The position numbers and the translations under genes were made by a program. Positions 13,200-26,695 of a DNA stretch of 64,000 bases are shown here, piece by piece. The stretch comes from the human T2T-CHM13v2.0 reference genome, Homo sapiens, in the NCBI RefSeq assembly GCF_009914755.1, contig NC_060940.1; one strand, given 5' to 3'. The stretch's first letter is position 1, and each line of letters starts with the position of its first letter. Under the pieces are notes generated by a model. It was not told the DNA's origin and did not search any database. It saw only the letters and a program-made list of their open reading frames with translations.

Positions 13200-13520
13200 T
13201 CCTAGCTCTCAAAATATTCTTACCCCTTTTTGCCATATGCAAACTCCTACTCATCCCTCATGACTCAAATCAAACATAAGTTTTGTAAAATATGCCCTGA
13301 TTACCTCTATAGTAACATTATAACTTGAAATATTATACATAATATTTCAGTTTTTCCATAATTTCTACGTGTCTGTCTCCACCTCTAGACTGTGACCCTC
13401 TTAAGGGTAAGAACTGTCTTTTCTTAATTTTTATCTTTTTTATCCCCAGCTCCTGAACAGATTCTGGCATATAGTAGGCATTCATCATACCTATTTCATA
13501 TTCATTGAATGAATGAATAG
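13200..13520 (+). mobile_element. L2 3' region
   Basis: GTCTGTCTCCACCTCTAGACTGTGA...CTGGCATATAGTAGGCATTCA...TGAATGAATGAA. Confidence 0.75.
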
Positions 13521-13913
13521 CCCCATGGCTCTAGATTTATAAATGAAGTTATCCAACAGATAAAGACTATCCAATCATTAGGTAATCAGGTCCTGCATCA
13601 ATGTTCTGGATCCTGGGATAAGTCTAACTCACAAAGTGTAAGACCCCTAGTAAATGCTTTTCTAATGAACTGGAAAAATGTGATCCACTACAAAGTAAGG
13701 AACCAAGCCTTAGTAATATCACTATATTGATGTCCCAGTAGGATCTGGGGTCAAAGATCTCTGGCATGGAAGTAACACAAAATTGAGAACTGGGCCTGCA
13801 AGAAATATCAGAGGATTTCAGACCTTATAAACAACCATGGCCCTAGGGAAATTTATTGAGAAATGTATTTATCAGGGTTGGTGACATATAGATTTGAATT
13901 TGTCTGCCCACTC

Positions 13914-14193
13914 TTTTTTTTTTTTTTTTTTTTGCCCAGGCTGGAGTGCAGTGGTGTGATCTTGCTCACTGCATCCTCCACCTCTGGGGTTCAAGCAATT
14001 CTCCTGCCTCAGGCTTCCGAGTAGCTGGGATTACAGGTACCCACCACCACGCCTGGCTAATTTTTGTATTTTTAGTAGAGATGGGGTTTCACCATATTGG
14101 CCAGACTGGTCTCTAACTCCTGACCTCAAGTGATCCACCCTCCTAAGCCTCCCAAAGTGCTGGGATTACAGGCATGAGCCACCAAGCCTGGCC
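13914..14193 (-). mobile_element. AluS SINE
   Basis: Antisense Alu; TSD TGTCTGCC(C/T)ACTCT. Confidence 0.95.
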
Positions 14194-14494
14194 TGTCTGC
14201 CTACTCTCTAAGCCACTCATATAGGATGTTTTCTGAGCCTTGATCACTACTGTCTTCTTAGCATATCATTAATTTCTGTGTAATGCAAGGTTCATAGACC
14301 ATCACTGTGACACAGTAATTCCCCAAATGTACAGAACTGAATTATTTGAATTTCTGAGCAGAACTGGGAAGATTATGTCTCAAAAACTTATTCAGTGATA
14401 ACAGAACAGAAAGCATCCTTGAGTCAGAAATGTCATTTTGTAGAGTAGCAAAGAGAATGTAAAAAATTCCAGGTGAGGATCTCGTTAAAAATGT

Positions 14495-14745
14495 AAATGT
14501 CCAGAAAAGGCAAATCTTTAGAGAGAGAAGGTAGATTCGTGGTGCCTGGGGCTGGGGGTGGAGGTAGAGATTAAGTGTAAATGGGCTCAGGGGATCTTCT
14601 TGGGTGATGAGAATATTCTAGAACTAGATGTGATGGGTGCACAACTCGGCCAAATTGCTAAAAATCATTGAATTACACACTTAAAATGGGTGAATGTTAG
14701 GTATGATATGTTAATTATGCCTCAACAAAGTTGAAGTTTTTTAAA
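14495..14745 (+). mobile_element. L1MB/ME 3' end
   Basis: AATGTCCAGAAAAGGCAAATC...AAAATCATTGAATTACACACTTAAAATGGGTGAAT. Confidence 0.8.
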
Positions 14746-14899
14746 AAGGCAGTTTTAGAACATCAAGGCTGCAACAGTGTTTGGTCAGATAGAATTCACA
14801 GCTTATTTGGACACAGCCACATCAAGAATTAAGGAGATGGAGATCAGGGAAGACCTAAGAAGGGGTTTATGATAGGATATTCACTGCAGCACAGTTGTT

Positions 14900-16330
14900 T
14901 AACTTTTCTTTAGAAAATGTCAAGCACATACAGAAGTAGAGAGGATGGCTTAACAAATCCAGCACCCAGCTTCAACAGTTATTCAATTGATGGTTAGTTT
15001 TACTTCATCTAAAACCCCACCCATTCCACCCTGCCTCACACGCAAGATTATTAAGCAGTTTTTAACAATGTTCTCATTGTGGAAAATGTCAAAAATATAC
15101 TAGCAAATACAATACAGTACAATATATCCCCATAAGCCTCCCTCCCAGTTTCAACAATTATCACTACATGGCAGCTCTTTTTTAAAAAAATCTTTTTTCT
15201 GAGGGTACATAGTAGGTGTGTATATTTATGGGGCATATGAAATGTTTTGGAACAGGCATGCAATGCATAATAGTCACATCGTGGAGAATGAGGTATGCAT
15301 CACCTCAAGCATCTAGCCTTTGTGTTCCAAACAATCCAATTATATTCTTTTAGTTATTTTTAAATATACAATTAACTATAGTCACCCTGTTGTGCTATCA
15401 AATACTAGGTCTTAATACTCGTATCAAATACAAGGGTGACAGACAATAAGCACATAAACAATCAAAATGCATAGAATGTCAGATGGTGGTGCCTACAATG
15501 AAGAATGGTAGACACCATCCATCAAAAGAAAGTCAGGTAAATAAATGAGGCTATCACTATGCAACAGAATTCATAAAAGTGATGTGATTAATTTACATCA
15601 ACCAGAAAGATGCAACAAATATTTATTTATTCTTTCTATTTTTTTGTACTGTTAACCATTCCCACTCCCCGCCCCCGACACTCGCTACTACCCTTCCCAG
15701 CCTCTGGTAATCAGCCTTCTATTGTCTGTCTTGATGAGCTCAATTGTTTTAATTTTTAGCTCCCACAAGTAAATGGGAACATGTAAAGTTTGTCTTTCTG
15801 TCCCTGGCTTATTTCACTTAATGTAATGACCTCTAGTTCTGTCCATGTTGTTGAAAATGACAAGACTTCATTCTTTTTTATGGCTGAATAGTACTCCATT
15901 GTGTATATGTACCACGTTTTCTCTATCCAACACATGGCCATTCTTATTTCATCTACACTTTTCTCACTTCTCCCATCTTTGTATTATTGGCAAGTATACC
16001 TCATACGTCACATCATTTCAATTGCAAATATTTCATTAAGTATGTCAAAAGGTGAGGACTTTATTCTTTTAACATGGCCACATACCATTATGACATCCCA
16101 ACAAATTTCCAATTGTATCATAAATGTCAAAAAAAGAAGTTTTTTAAAGAGTTTGTTTATTTGAATCAGAGTCCATCACATGTTGCTATTTGTTGATATG
16201 TCTCTCAAGTTTCTTTTAATCCACAGACCCGCTTCCCCATCACCACTCCTTTCTCTTTTTTCTTGCAATGTCTTTGCTGAAGAAACCAGATCAATTATCT
16301 GTAAAGTTTTTCACAGTCTAGATTTTGCAG
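14900..16330 (-). mobile_element. L1MC-type 3' end fragments (two), the second interrupted by L1MA
   Basis: GAAAATGTCAA...CCCAG(C/T)TTCAACA motif at about 14912 and 15082; resumes after 15931. Confidence 0.65.
15180..15931 (-). mobile_element. L1MA 3' end carrying a non-L1 insertion at 15415-15627
   Basis: GGGTACATAGTAGGTGTG...GGCTGAATAGTACTCCATTGTG; degenerate TSD ACATGGC...TCTT. Confidence 0.9.
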
Positions 16331-16464
16331 CATTATATTTAATAACAAAACATTAGAACCTGTAGACACCATCCATCAAAAGAAAGTCAGGTAAATAAAT
16401 GAGGCTATAACCAGGCAACAGAATTCATAAAAGTGATGTGATTAATTTGCATCAATCAGAAAGA

Positions 16465-17062
16465 TGCAACAAATACTTATTAAATATATACCATGTGCCA
16501 GGTTCAATTCTAGGTGTTAAAGACATAGCTGTGGACTAAACAAAATCCCTGCCCTCTTGGAGTCTGTAGTTTAATGGAGGGTGACAGACAATAAGCACAT
16601 AATCAAAATGCATAGAGTGTCAGATGGTGGTGCCTACAGTGAAGAATGGTACAACAGGAAAAAGGAATAAGGAGTCTGAGGAAGTGGGGAACAGAGAGCT
16701 GCAATTTCAAACACCAAGGTCAGAGAAGGCTCTAATGAGAAGATGACATTTGTGCAGATGTGACAGAGGTGATAAGCTAGCAAGTTGTGGAGATAGCAAA
16801 GGTAATCCAATGCAGAGGTCACAGTCAATATGCAGGTCCTGGAATGGGAGTGTGCCTAGTGTGTTCAAGGAACAGCAAGGGGGTCCACATGATTGGAGAG
16901 AGTGAGGGAGACAGGAGCAGAAATGCATCCAAGAGGTACCCAGGACCAGACTGTACAGGGCTTGGCAGCCCATCACATGGACATTGGCTTTCCTGTCCCA
17001 GACATTGCTCTGGGTACGATGGAGCCACAGGAAAGTTCTGAGCTGAGAAGTGACATGATGTG
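16465..17062 (-). mobile_element. L2 3' region
   Basis: CAACAAATACTTATT...CCATGTGCCAGG...AATCCCTGCCCTC...GTGACATGAT. Confidence 0.8.
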
Positions 17063-17438
17063 ATAATGCAACATGAATAAAGAAAGTTGCTAAATTTCCG
17101 ATGTGGCTTGATCCCATTTGTGTTTGATACAGAACTTAATATGCAAGGGAAAAAGTCGGAGCCCTGATGAACTCTTTCCCCATCACCGTCTCAGGTCCTG
17201 CATGTGACACCACATGCTGATGACAGATCATCTTTCACTTATCAAACCTTAGGGGACCAGCTCAGGGTGCCCTAAGCCCCTTCACTGAAGCTGGGGACAA
17301 AGAGGTGTTGCGTGGGTAAAATTCACTAGGAGGAAATTTCCCCAGAAACCTCAGTTCTATGGGGAAACCCTGACTTTCTGAACTTTAGCCTGGGTGTTAA
17401 CAGTTAGCACTAAGTCTGTCTCTCAAAGTCCTTCTAAA

Positions 17439-17661
17439 GCAGGGGTCAGCAAACTACAAGCTGTGGACAAACTCTGTTTGCTGCTTATTTTTGTAAATAA
17501 AGTTTTATTGGCAGGCACCCATGCCCGTTCATTTATATATTGTCCAGGGCTGCTTTTGTGCTACACCAGTAGAGTTGGGTAGTTGTAGAAGAGACCACGT
17601 AGCCTCAAAGCCAAACATATTTACTATCTGATCCTCAATAGGAAAAGTTTACCAAGCCCTG
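17439..17661. mobile_element. MER58A DNA transposon
   Basis: CAGGGGTCAGCAAACT...TTTTGTAAATAAAGTTTTATTGG...AAAGTTTACCAAGCCCTG. Confidence 0.85.
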
Positions 17662-17959
17662 CCCTAGCAGAAACTAAGCCTTCCAAAGCTGAGGATTTCC
17701 CCAGCAAGGTGGCCCTGGGTCCTTGGAGAGTCACAGCCTGGTTCCACTGTGACTTCACCAATATGTCTCCACCACTCTGAGTGGCTTTGTCCATTAGGTC
17801 CAGATGGATTTCCAGAGAGTAGGTGATACTCACACAGGGTTCCTCTGTGGCTCCCCCTTTTTTATGCTTGGAACTCAGGCAAATGGGCCCTGCCTCCCTT
17901 AACAGCCTCCTCCCACACCCAGGGTGAGCCCCACATGCAGTGTGCTGTATCCTCATGGA

Positions 17960-18145
17960 TTCAGACTCATAAAACAGTCCTGGGCCCAAAGCCCAGCTCT
18001 GCCACTTACTTGAACACATCACTGAGCCTTGAGTCCCTCAAATGAAAAACAGCTCCTTCAAAGACTGCTGGGGGAATTAAATGCAATTGTGCACGTAAAG
18101 AGGCTTATTACAGTGCCCAGCACACACTGTGTTCAATGCATGTTG
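17960..18145 (+). mobile_element. MIR SINE
   Basis: CCCAGCTCTGCCACTTACT...CTGAGCCT...GAATTAAATG. Confidence 0.7.
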
Positions 18146-19329
18146 ACTGGCATCACATATGCCAGCCTGTTAGCCTATATGCTTGGCCAAAGTACAATTC
18201 CACCAGGAGGCAATTGTGAACACTTTGTCCCTGACAGGCTTTTGCAATCACAAGGTTCTATTGACCCATCTCCATCATTATATCATACATTCAGCTTATC
18301 ACACGGTCCAGCTGTCACTGGGGAAGCCCTGACCTCTTAGGCACTAATAGACATCTCAAGCTTTCCTGCTCCCTTCTCCCTTCTCCCTTCTTTGGATAAA
18401 ACCACCATGATTTTCCTTTTGGGAAACCACACCCACTATCAGTCTATGTGGTCTGAGTGGGGCTGACGACACCCCAAAAGAGGTCCAGCAGGAATGCTGA
18501 GGACACCATGAGACACCCCAGCATACCCACCAACCCAATCCAAGAACCTCTTCTTCAGCAGCTGGAGAGACTCCGGTATCTTCCAAAAATCAAGCCCATT
18601 TCCCAGCAGAGATTTTTCACTATGTTTGTCAATTTTTGAAATGCCCATGCCCATGTTGGCACAAGCTAAAAGCAGCTCCTTACTTCTGGCGCCTGCACCA
18701 TCAGACTCTCAGAGTGTCTGTGGTCATCAAGCATACACCATTCCTTTGCTCTCTTTCCTAACCTCCACCTCAGGGGCTTGTGTCCATATTCACATCACGT
18801 TTCTGGTCTTTCATGGTCACAGAGGCTTCTGGGGCTAGAAATAATCACCATAGGACACAGCACCCTTTCCAGACTCAAACTGCATTACACCCTTAGGTGT
18901 GAGCAGAAAGTGCTCCTTGTGTCTCCTTAAACAGGAGACAGAAAAAACTGTATGTGCCAGGAGGAGGTGGGGAGCTGGAGTGATTAGATGGGGGTCTCCA
19001 GGGCCTTCCAGAATAATAGCCGTGCTCCAAAGTTGCCACTCTCAGAGGCAACTGTGCCACTTTTGATTATAAAGTAATGAGAGGAAGCCAATGGAGGGAC
19101 GATAATCAGAAACATCTCATGGGAAGAAGGGGGATCCCATCCTTTCCTAAGTCTCATTATTTTATCTAGGATAGGATCCAAAGGAAAGAAAGTGCAACAA
19201 CACAAGAATCAGCAATCATAAAAGAATGGCCAAGAAAGACTTGATATGCCCAGGTCCAGCTTGTGCAACCTACCATATGATAAAGAATGGGTTTTCTGTC
19301 TTTGGAGGTGTGGAAATGCTGTGATGGAG

Positions 19330-19875
19330 ATGTTGTTTTTCTGTGCAGAATACTATCTCCTCTCTTTTGACAAATCCACCACAGTTTTCTTTTGTGAAAC
19401 TACCTTCCCTCTCTGCACTCCTTTATCCCCTGAACAAACAATAAGTCCATGAGGTTTAGATGGGACAGATCCCACCCTCTTGCTCCAGGAATCAGCAGGC
19501 AGCCCTGGCCAACCAGGGCACTGCATGTCCTTGGTTGTGGTGAGTGGTTCAAAGGTGAGCAGGTGGCCCAAACTGAACCAATCAGAGTCAGCAAGCATTA
19601 TTCCTGGGGCTTTAGCTAGAACTATGGGGCAAGAGGTTCCTTCTGACAGATGAACCAGGTAGTCAGATGCGAACTTGCAGCCATGGGAGAGCCATCCTTG
19701 CCAATACTTAAGGAGGGCCTGCCTGAAAATGAAAATATCCCAGACAATTCAACAGAGCCAAGAGACAGAGATGAGTCCCAGTGACATTGTCTGAGCCCCT
19801 GAACTCAGCCACGTCTAGAGTTAACTGTACTCTGATCTTTTCAGCTTATAAATTAATACATTTTCTTTTTATATC
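19330..19875 (+). mobile_element. Old MaLR LTR (MLT1K-like)
   Basis: GTGGTTCA...AACCAATCAGAG...TGAGCCCCTGAACTCAGCC. Confidence 0.55.
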
Positions 19876-19881
19876 AACTAA

Positions 19882-20530
<649 letters not shown>

Positions 20531-21081
20531 CTTTATTTTTCCTTTTTTTTTTTTTATTGGCACTGAAAATTCAGTATACTACATTTTTTCCTTCCCCTTT
20601 GGCATTCTCTAATAAAATGAAAAATGAACCAGGGAAAAACATTCCTTGACTTGGGTCAAATGAAGGTCTGTATTATCTAAGTAGTTCATTGAGTTTGATA
20701 AGTAATGCAACAAAATCCCAATAGAGATATGGAGGAAAGGCAGAAAAACTTTATGCAAATGTCAGGCAGAGAGAAGGAAATACACATGGCCAAGCATTCC
20801 TTTTGAACTGTGATTCCCCTCAATCAGCCTGACACCACTCAGCAACACTGTACATCAGAGGGTTCCTGAGCCCACAAGAAGACAGCTCCCCAGATGACGC
20901 TGTTAAGGAGAAACATCTCCAAACTGGGGAGGAGATTTCCTCAGTAACCTTGCTTCTCATACCTGATAGCATCCCTGCCACTGTTCACAGGATGTGAGCT
21001 GTTATGGAGGTGGTGGAGAGGGCTGGAGAATGGACTGGGAAAAAATTGTGAACATTTTCCAATGTGAAGATGATTGCTTGC

Positions 21082-21447
21082 TGATATGGTTTGGCTCTGT
21101 GTCCCCACCCGAATCTCATCTCAAATTGTAGCCCCCATGTGTTGACGGAGGGACCTGGTGAAAGGTGATTAAATCGTGGGTGTGTTTTCCCTCATGCTGT
21201 TTTCATGATAGTGAGGGAGTTCTCACGAGATCTGATGGTTTCAAAGTGGCAGTTTCCCCTGCACACGCTCTCTTTCCTGCTGCCATGTGAAGACATGCTT
21301 GCTTCCCCTCCACCTTCTTCCATGATTGTTAAGTTTCCTGAGGCCTCCCCAGCCATGTGGAACCATAAGTCAATTAGGCCTCCTTTCTTTATAAATTACC
21401 CAGTCTCAGGTAGTATCTTTATAGCAGTGTGAGAAGCGACTAGTAGA
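21082..21447 (+). mobile_element. THE1 (about THE1D) MaLR solo LTR
   Basis: TGATATGGTTTGGCTCTGTGTCCCCACC start; perfect 5-bp TSD CTTGC. Confidence 0.9.
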
Positions 21448-21667
21448 CTTGCTTTACATAAGTTTTACGTTAAATATATCCCTTTGAGCGAAGCTTGCAG
21501 TTTGGCCACATGCACTTCCCATTTCCTTGATGCCAGAAGTCACTATGAGGCCTGTAACATTTGCTAAAATTCTTTAAGCCAGAGCTGTCTCTCCCTTTTC
21601 CATTTGACCCTGAGAGCCAGAGAGCCCCCTTGACTATGAAGGAGAGGGTCACCACAGAAATAGCACA

Positions 21668-21707
21668 CAGCTAAGTGATGTTCACCATGGTGAACATCAC
21701 TTAGCTG
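21668..21707. repeat. Perfect 40-bp palindrome
   Basis: CAGCTAAGTGATGTTCACCA|TGGTGAACATCACTTAGCTG equals its own reverse complement. Confidence 0.97.
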
Positions 21708-23220
21708 GTCCAAATCTCTCCTATCCCTCTTGCCATCTCACTCAGCCTTGGTTACGGAAGTAAGGTGCTCTTGGATGATTGACTGCTATGGACTGAGCTC
21801 CAGTCTCACCATTCCAAAACTGTGTATCAGTTTTTCCCCCAGAGATGGACAATCCTTGGTAGCTCACCTTCCTACGGTTAAGGAAGCCATTATACATAAA
21901 CCTATCATCTACACAGCCACAAATGCAAAAATAATTTATTCACACAGTAGCAACAACAAGCTTTATAATAATATAATATGATAATAATAATCCATGCAAC
22001 TACAAACTTTTTTGAGCATCTGCTTGTGGCAGCACCCACTTAGGCATGGAGAATACAAATATAAACCAAACTTGGTCCTCGCCCTCGAGGAGTTTGTGGA
22101 AAACGTAGGCAAATAGTAAAAGGATGTCACTCAATGAAATCATCAGCTGTGAACAGGATTCCATAAGACGTTTACTGTCCAGTTTGGCCACCTGCCTCTT
22201 TTCACCCCTCTGTGTTCCCCCGGAGTGCTCTGTCATTGTCTGACTCTTCTCTGCCCCCAGCCCTGACTCCTCCACCCGTCCACTCTTTCTTCCATTTGCA
22301 GTTTGGATTTGTTCCATTTCCCCCAGGATCTGAACCAATCTTGACAAAGCCTTCCTTCCTCTGGCTCTGAGCGTGGTTGACTTTTTCTGAACTGAAGGTC
22401 TTCAGCAGCCTCTACCTTTCTCTCCTGCACCCACTCCTTTTCCTCTTAGAATACAGCCTTAGTCACAGATTCAGACTTGGGACCTGGGTACCCCAGTGCT
22501 CACTCCCAGGCTGTCTCCCTATATCCCATCTCTTTTTCTGCTACTTTGATCTGAAATCAGGAGCCAAGGATAACTGCTGGATGCTGTGCCATGCCCTGAG
22601 TTGCACCCTCCCCGGTGTTTATCCGCAGCACCTCATCCTGCCTCTCTTGGCCTTGCATCATCCAAGGAACAGAAGCATTTCCCTGAGTCCTGCCTAGAGC
22701 CCATGTCAAGAAAGGACTTCCTCTACAGAGACAAACAGGATTGTCCCATGAGTAATCCTAGAGGTTCAGATTTCCTGGCGGTGAGCTAGAGGAATCAGTT
22801 TCCATCTCTCCCAGAGGTGCGGCTGCAGCTCACATCCAACTTCCACAAGGCTTCCAGGTGCAAGAAGCCGGCAAAGTCTTGTGCAATTTCTACACAGCTG
22901 CCATCTAAACCTAGATTCCTGGGCCAGAGGCCTATTTTTCCCACATCCAAGGCCACATTCATGCTTGCACTATACCAGGGTAAAGGAGAGGGGCAGGGCT
23001 CTTCCCTGGAGCACAGGCCCACATTGTGTCCAGCACCTGTGGGGTCCTGAGAGAATGGGGTGGGGTGCAACGTGTTCATCTTGGTGGCTCTTGGCTTATG
23101 AGTTTTACTAACAAAGTCTGCTCCTCACCACATGATGTGGGCAGATTTGCCCTCACCCACTTGGCCACAATTTTTCTCGGTGAGGGTGTACTGGTTTCCT
23201 GGGGCTGCCGTAACCAAGTA

Positions 23221-23889
23221 CAGAGGCGCCTCAACTTATGTTGAGGTCATGTCTTGATAAGCCCATCATAAGTTGAAACTCTTCTAAGTAAAAAATGTGT
23301 TTAGTACACCTACCAAACATTATAGTTTAGCCTAGCCTACTTTATTTTTTTAAATTTTTTTAACTTTTAAGTTCAGGGGAACATGTTCAGGTTTGTTATA
23401 TACGTAAACGTCGGTCATCAGGGCTTGTTGTAAAGATTATTTCATCATCCAGGTATTAAGCCTAATACTCACTGGTTATTTTTTCCTGATCCTCTCCCTC
23501 TTCCCACCCTCCACCCTCCAAAAGGCCCCACTGTGTGTTGTTTCCCTCTGTGTGTCCATGTGTTCTCAGCATTTAGCTCCCACTTATAAGTGAGAACATG
23601 CATTATTTGGTTTTCTGTTCCTGTGTTAGTTTGCTAAGGATGATGGCCTCCAGCCTACTTTAAATGTGCTCACAACACTTATGTCAGCTACAGTTGGTCA
23701 AAACCAAAGCCTATTTTATAATAAAGTGTTGAGTATCCCATGTAATTTATTGAAAACTGCACTAACAGTGAAAAACAGAATGGTTGTGTGGATACTTGAA
23801 GTATGGTTTCTGCTGAACACGTATGGCTTTGGCACCATTGTAAAGTCGAAAAATCAGAAATCGAACCACCATAAGTAGGGATCTGCCTA
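23221..23889. mobile_element. MER47A-like Tigger MITE
   Basis: CAGA..CCTCAACTTATG / CATAAGTAGGG termini, TA target flanks. Confidence 0.8.
23345..23650 (-). mobile_element. L1PA (about PA10-PA15) 3' end
   Basis: TTTAAGTTCAGGGG...TTAGCTCCCACTTATAAGTGAGAACATG; TSD AGCCTACTTTA. Confidence 0.9.
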
Positions 23890-25977
23890 TACCCACAACT
23901 GCGTGGCTTAAAACAACTGAAATGTATTGTCTCGCAGTTCTGAAGTCTGGACATTCAAAATCAAGGTGTCAGCAGCTATATGCTCTTTCTACGGCTCTAG
24001 GGGAGAATCCTTCCTGGCCTCTGCTGGCTCCTGGTGTTTGCTGGCAATCCTTGGTTCTTTGGGTCATAGCTGCGTGACTCCAGACACAGGCCATCTTCTC
24101 CCTGTGTGTCCAATCATCGTCTTCCCTCTGAGTGTGTCTGCCTCTGTGTCCAAATCTTCTCTTCTTATAAGGACACCAATCATATTGGATGAGGGCCCAC
24201 CCTGATGCCCTCATTTTAGCTTGATTATCCCTGAAAAGATCCTATTTCCAAATAAGTTTACACTCTGAAGTACTGGGGGCTAAGATTTCAACATATCTTT
24301 TTTGGGGGACAAAACTCAACCTATAACAGAGTCTCCCTGACAAGACCCATCTGCTTCCAAATGGCCTCTCTAGTATCATCAGACCTGTCTCTATGACCAC
24401 CTGCAGAGCCCCAAAACTTTATGTGAGATGCCCCAGAGCACACGCTCAGGCCCATGGAACCTGCCCTGCCTTGGGACACTTAGTGCCTGGGACACTTAGC
24501 CATCCCATTGTCAATCTTCATAATCTGTCTAGATTCCAGTTGCGTATTTGTCTAATATGTTATTGCTATGTAGACATAGTGAGACTGTTGGGTCTAAGCT
24601 GCTGAATTAGCCCTGGAACCTTCTAATAAACTGTCCAATATACTCAGGATATGCTGAATGTCTTAAGTCACGAAGATCTCAAAAACAGGAAATACAAAGA
24701 AATCATGCGAAACTATCATGTACATGAAATTTGCTTAAACGGCCTCTTTTGATGAGTAGGGTCCCTCCCAGACACTTGACACAATAGTAGGTCATTAAGA
24801 TGACGAGAAGAATGGCGGGATTGGTTAGTGACTTATTAAACACTGTTAAAATGCATGTAACTCCTTTGAGTTTTCTGGGGACATCCAGAGTCTTGTTCCC
24901 ATACTGTGGGAAATACCATGACATTAATACAATTTCAAAGGTTTTGTGGGTCTCACTCTGGTCTCTGCTTTTCTGTGTTTAACCCAGGAGTCCAAAGGGA
25001 TGCAGTCACAGCATTTTGTCACATTCCAAGTAGATCGTTCTCTCTCTGCATTCTAGATGCTCCTCCAATTCCTAAGTCAATGGGACCCTTCCTGCCACTG
25101 CCCTTGCACCTTACACTGTCTTCATCCAACTGGAGTAGGACTGGTAAAACCCCAACAGCTGCAAGTCTAGGAGACAGGCATGCAATAGACATAAGCCATT
25201 CTAGCTGGGTAGAGAGTCTAGAACCAGGACGGATCTGAAATAGTTCAACCCTAAATTGATAGTCCTTGTCAAGAGCCTATGTTTGGCATCCCTTGTTTTA
25301 TCTTGTTCAATTATTCACCCATTAGAATAATACATGAATTTTTTTTTTTTACTAAATAGGGTTGAAACTCTAGTTTGAAACCCATTATTTTCCTTAATTA
25401 TTCCCCTTTCTTCTGATTCCTTTCTCCAGCCTATGTATTCTAGGTCTTGTGTCTGGAAGGAATGCAGCAAAATATATTGAATTTTCCAACAAATTTCCAT
25501 CTTATAAAATCACTGACATACGATAATGTTGTGGGCCAGGAGACCAGATCAGCAGTGCTCAACATTCACTTGCAGTCTGCTTTTCAGGTAGACAAAGTCA
25601 CCTGGCTTCATAGCTAGGAGTCTTAGCAACTTATTGATTTAGTACAAGGTTGCTCACTCCCATGCCTACATTTCTGGGAGCTTCTCTGAGGTCGGCCATC
25701 TCTAACCCAAAGAGTGTTTCCATTACCCATTTTGTGGAGTCTACCCTGAGAATTTCCCACACATAAAGGGAATTGTTAGCTATACTTTCTTTCTGCTAAA
25801 TTAAACTCAAACACCACTTACAAAACACTTTTCATGGGTTGAGCATTACGGAGGTCACGATAATGGGGAAATCTTTGTTCCTGTTCTCTCTAGGGGCTGA
25901 TAAATTGACAGGAAGAGGTAGACATACATAAATAAGTAAATACTATAAGGCACATTTTGCTAAATACTATGCATGGG

Positions 25978-26402
25978 GTGTGTAGTGGACCCCATCTGGG
26001 CTGCCCAGACCTTCATTTTGTGACCCCATTCCCCCAGCTGCCAGGGGTGCTGGTTGTCATTAGCTCACAGCTGTATCCTTCTCAGAGCAGCCTTCAGCTG
26101 AAGGAATCTTCCCTGATTAAAGTTATGCCTTCTCCTAGGGTAGCCTAATCCAATAGCCGTCTGATGTGGGGCTACAAGAACCTTACCTAATTAAGGAAAT
26201 CTCTGCAGGGCCATCTCAGCTATGAAGTTCCCCCAGATCAGCCGATGTCTCTCTTGCAACTCCTTCTTGCTGCAACCTCTGTCTCTGCCCATTCTTGCTT
26301 CTCTGGCTCCCTCATGGGTGTTTTGTACCTAAGAGCTGTGCCCGGCACATTTCCTACTTGCCAATCTCTGCCTCAGTCTTCTCTAGATCCTAACCTATGA
26401 CA
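25978..26402 (+). mobile_element. ERVL LTR16-like solo LTR
   Basis: TGTAGTGGAC...CCCCAGCTGC...AGCTCACAGCTG...AACCTATGACA. Confidence 0.55.
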
Positions 26403-26619
26403 GAGTACAAAGGGAAAAGGAATTTGTTTGAACTAGAAGATATGGAAAGGCTCTTAAATATTTATTCAACTATTTATTTAATGTCTATTCTGACCTGGTA
26501 TTGACTAGCTACTGGGGGGTGCGGCAGCTAACACGACAGATCTGGCCACTGCTCTCAAGCAAGTTTTAAAAAAAGTATTTTTAGCTAGTGATAAGTGGAA
26601 AGAGAAAGGAGAAAATAAG

Positions 26620-26695
26620 CATGCAAGCAAGAAGGAAGGAAAGAAGGAAGGAAGGAAGGGAGGAGGGGAGGGGAGAGGAGAGGAGAGAAGAGAGG
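26620..26695. repeat. (GGAA)n/(GGAGA)n polypurine tract
   Basis: Direct reading. Confidence 0.85.

Larger units (their letters stand above)
23187..24328 (-). mobile_element. MLT1C-like MaLR LTR hosting nested insertions
   Basis: GGGCTGCCGTAAC..[insert]..GGCTTAAAACAACTGAAAT...CTTATAAGGACACC...CAACCTATAACA. Confidence 0.85.

Noticed and set aside
15500-15520. Retro-inserted circular RNA as the origin of the permuted insertion
   Set aside because: The source has AG at 16364-16365 and GT at 16649-16650, but a true back-splice would read GAATG|ACACC. The observed junction keeps GTAG, which fits DNA microhomology instead.
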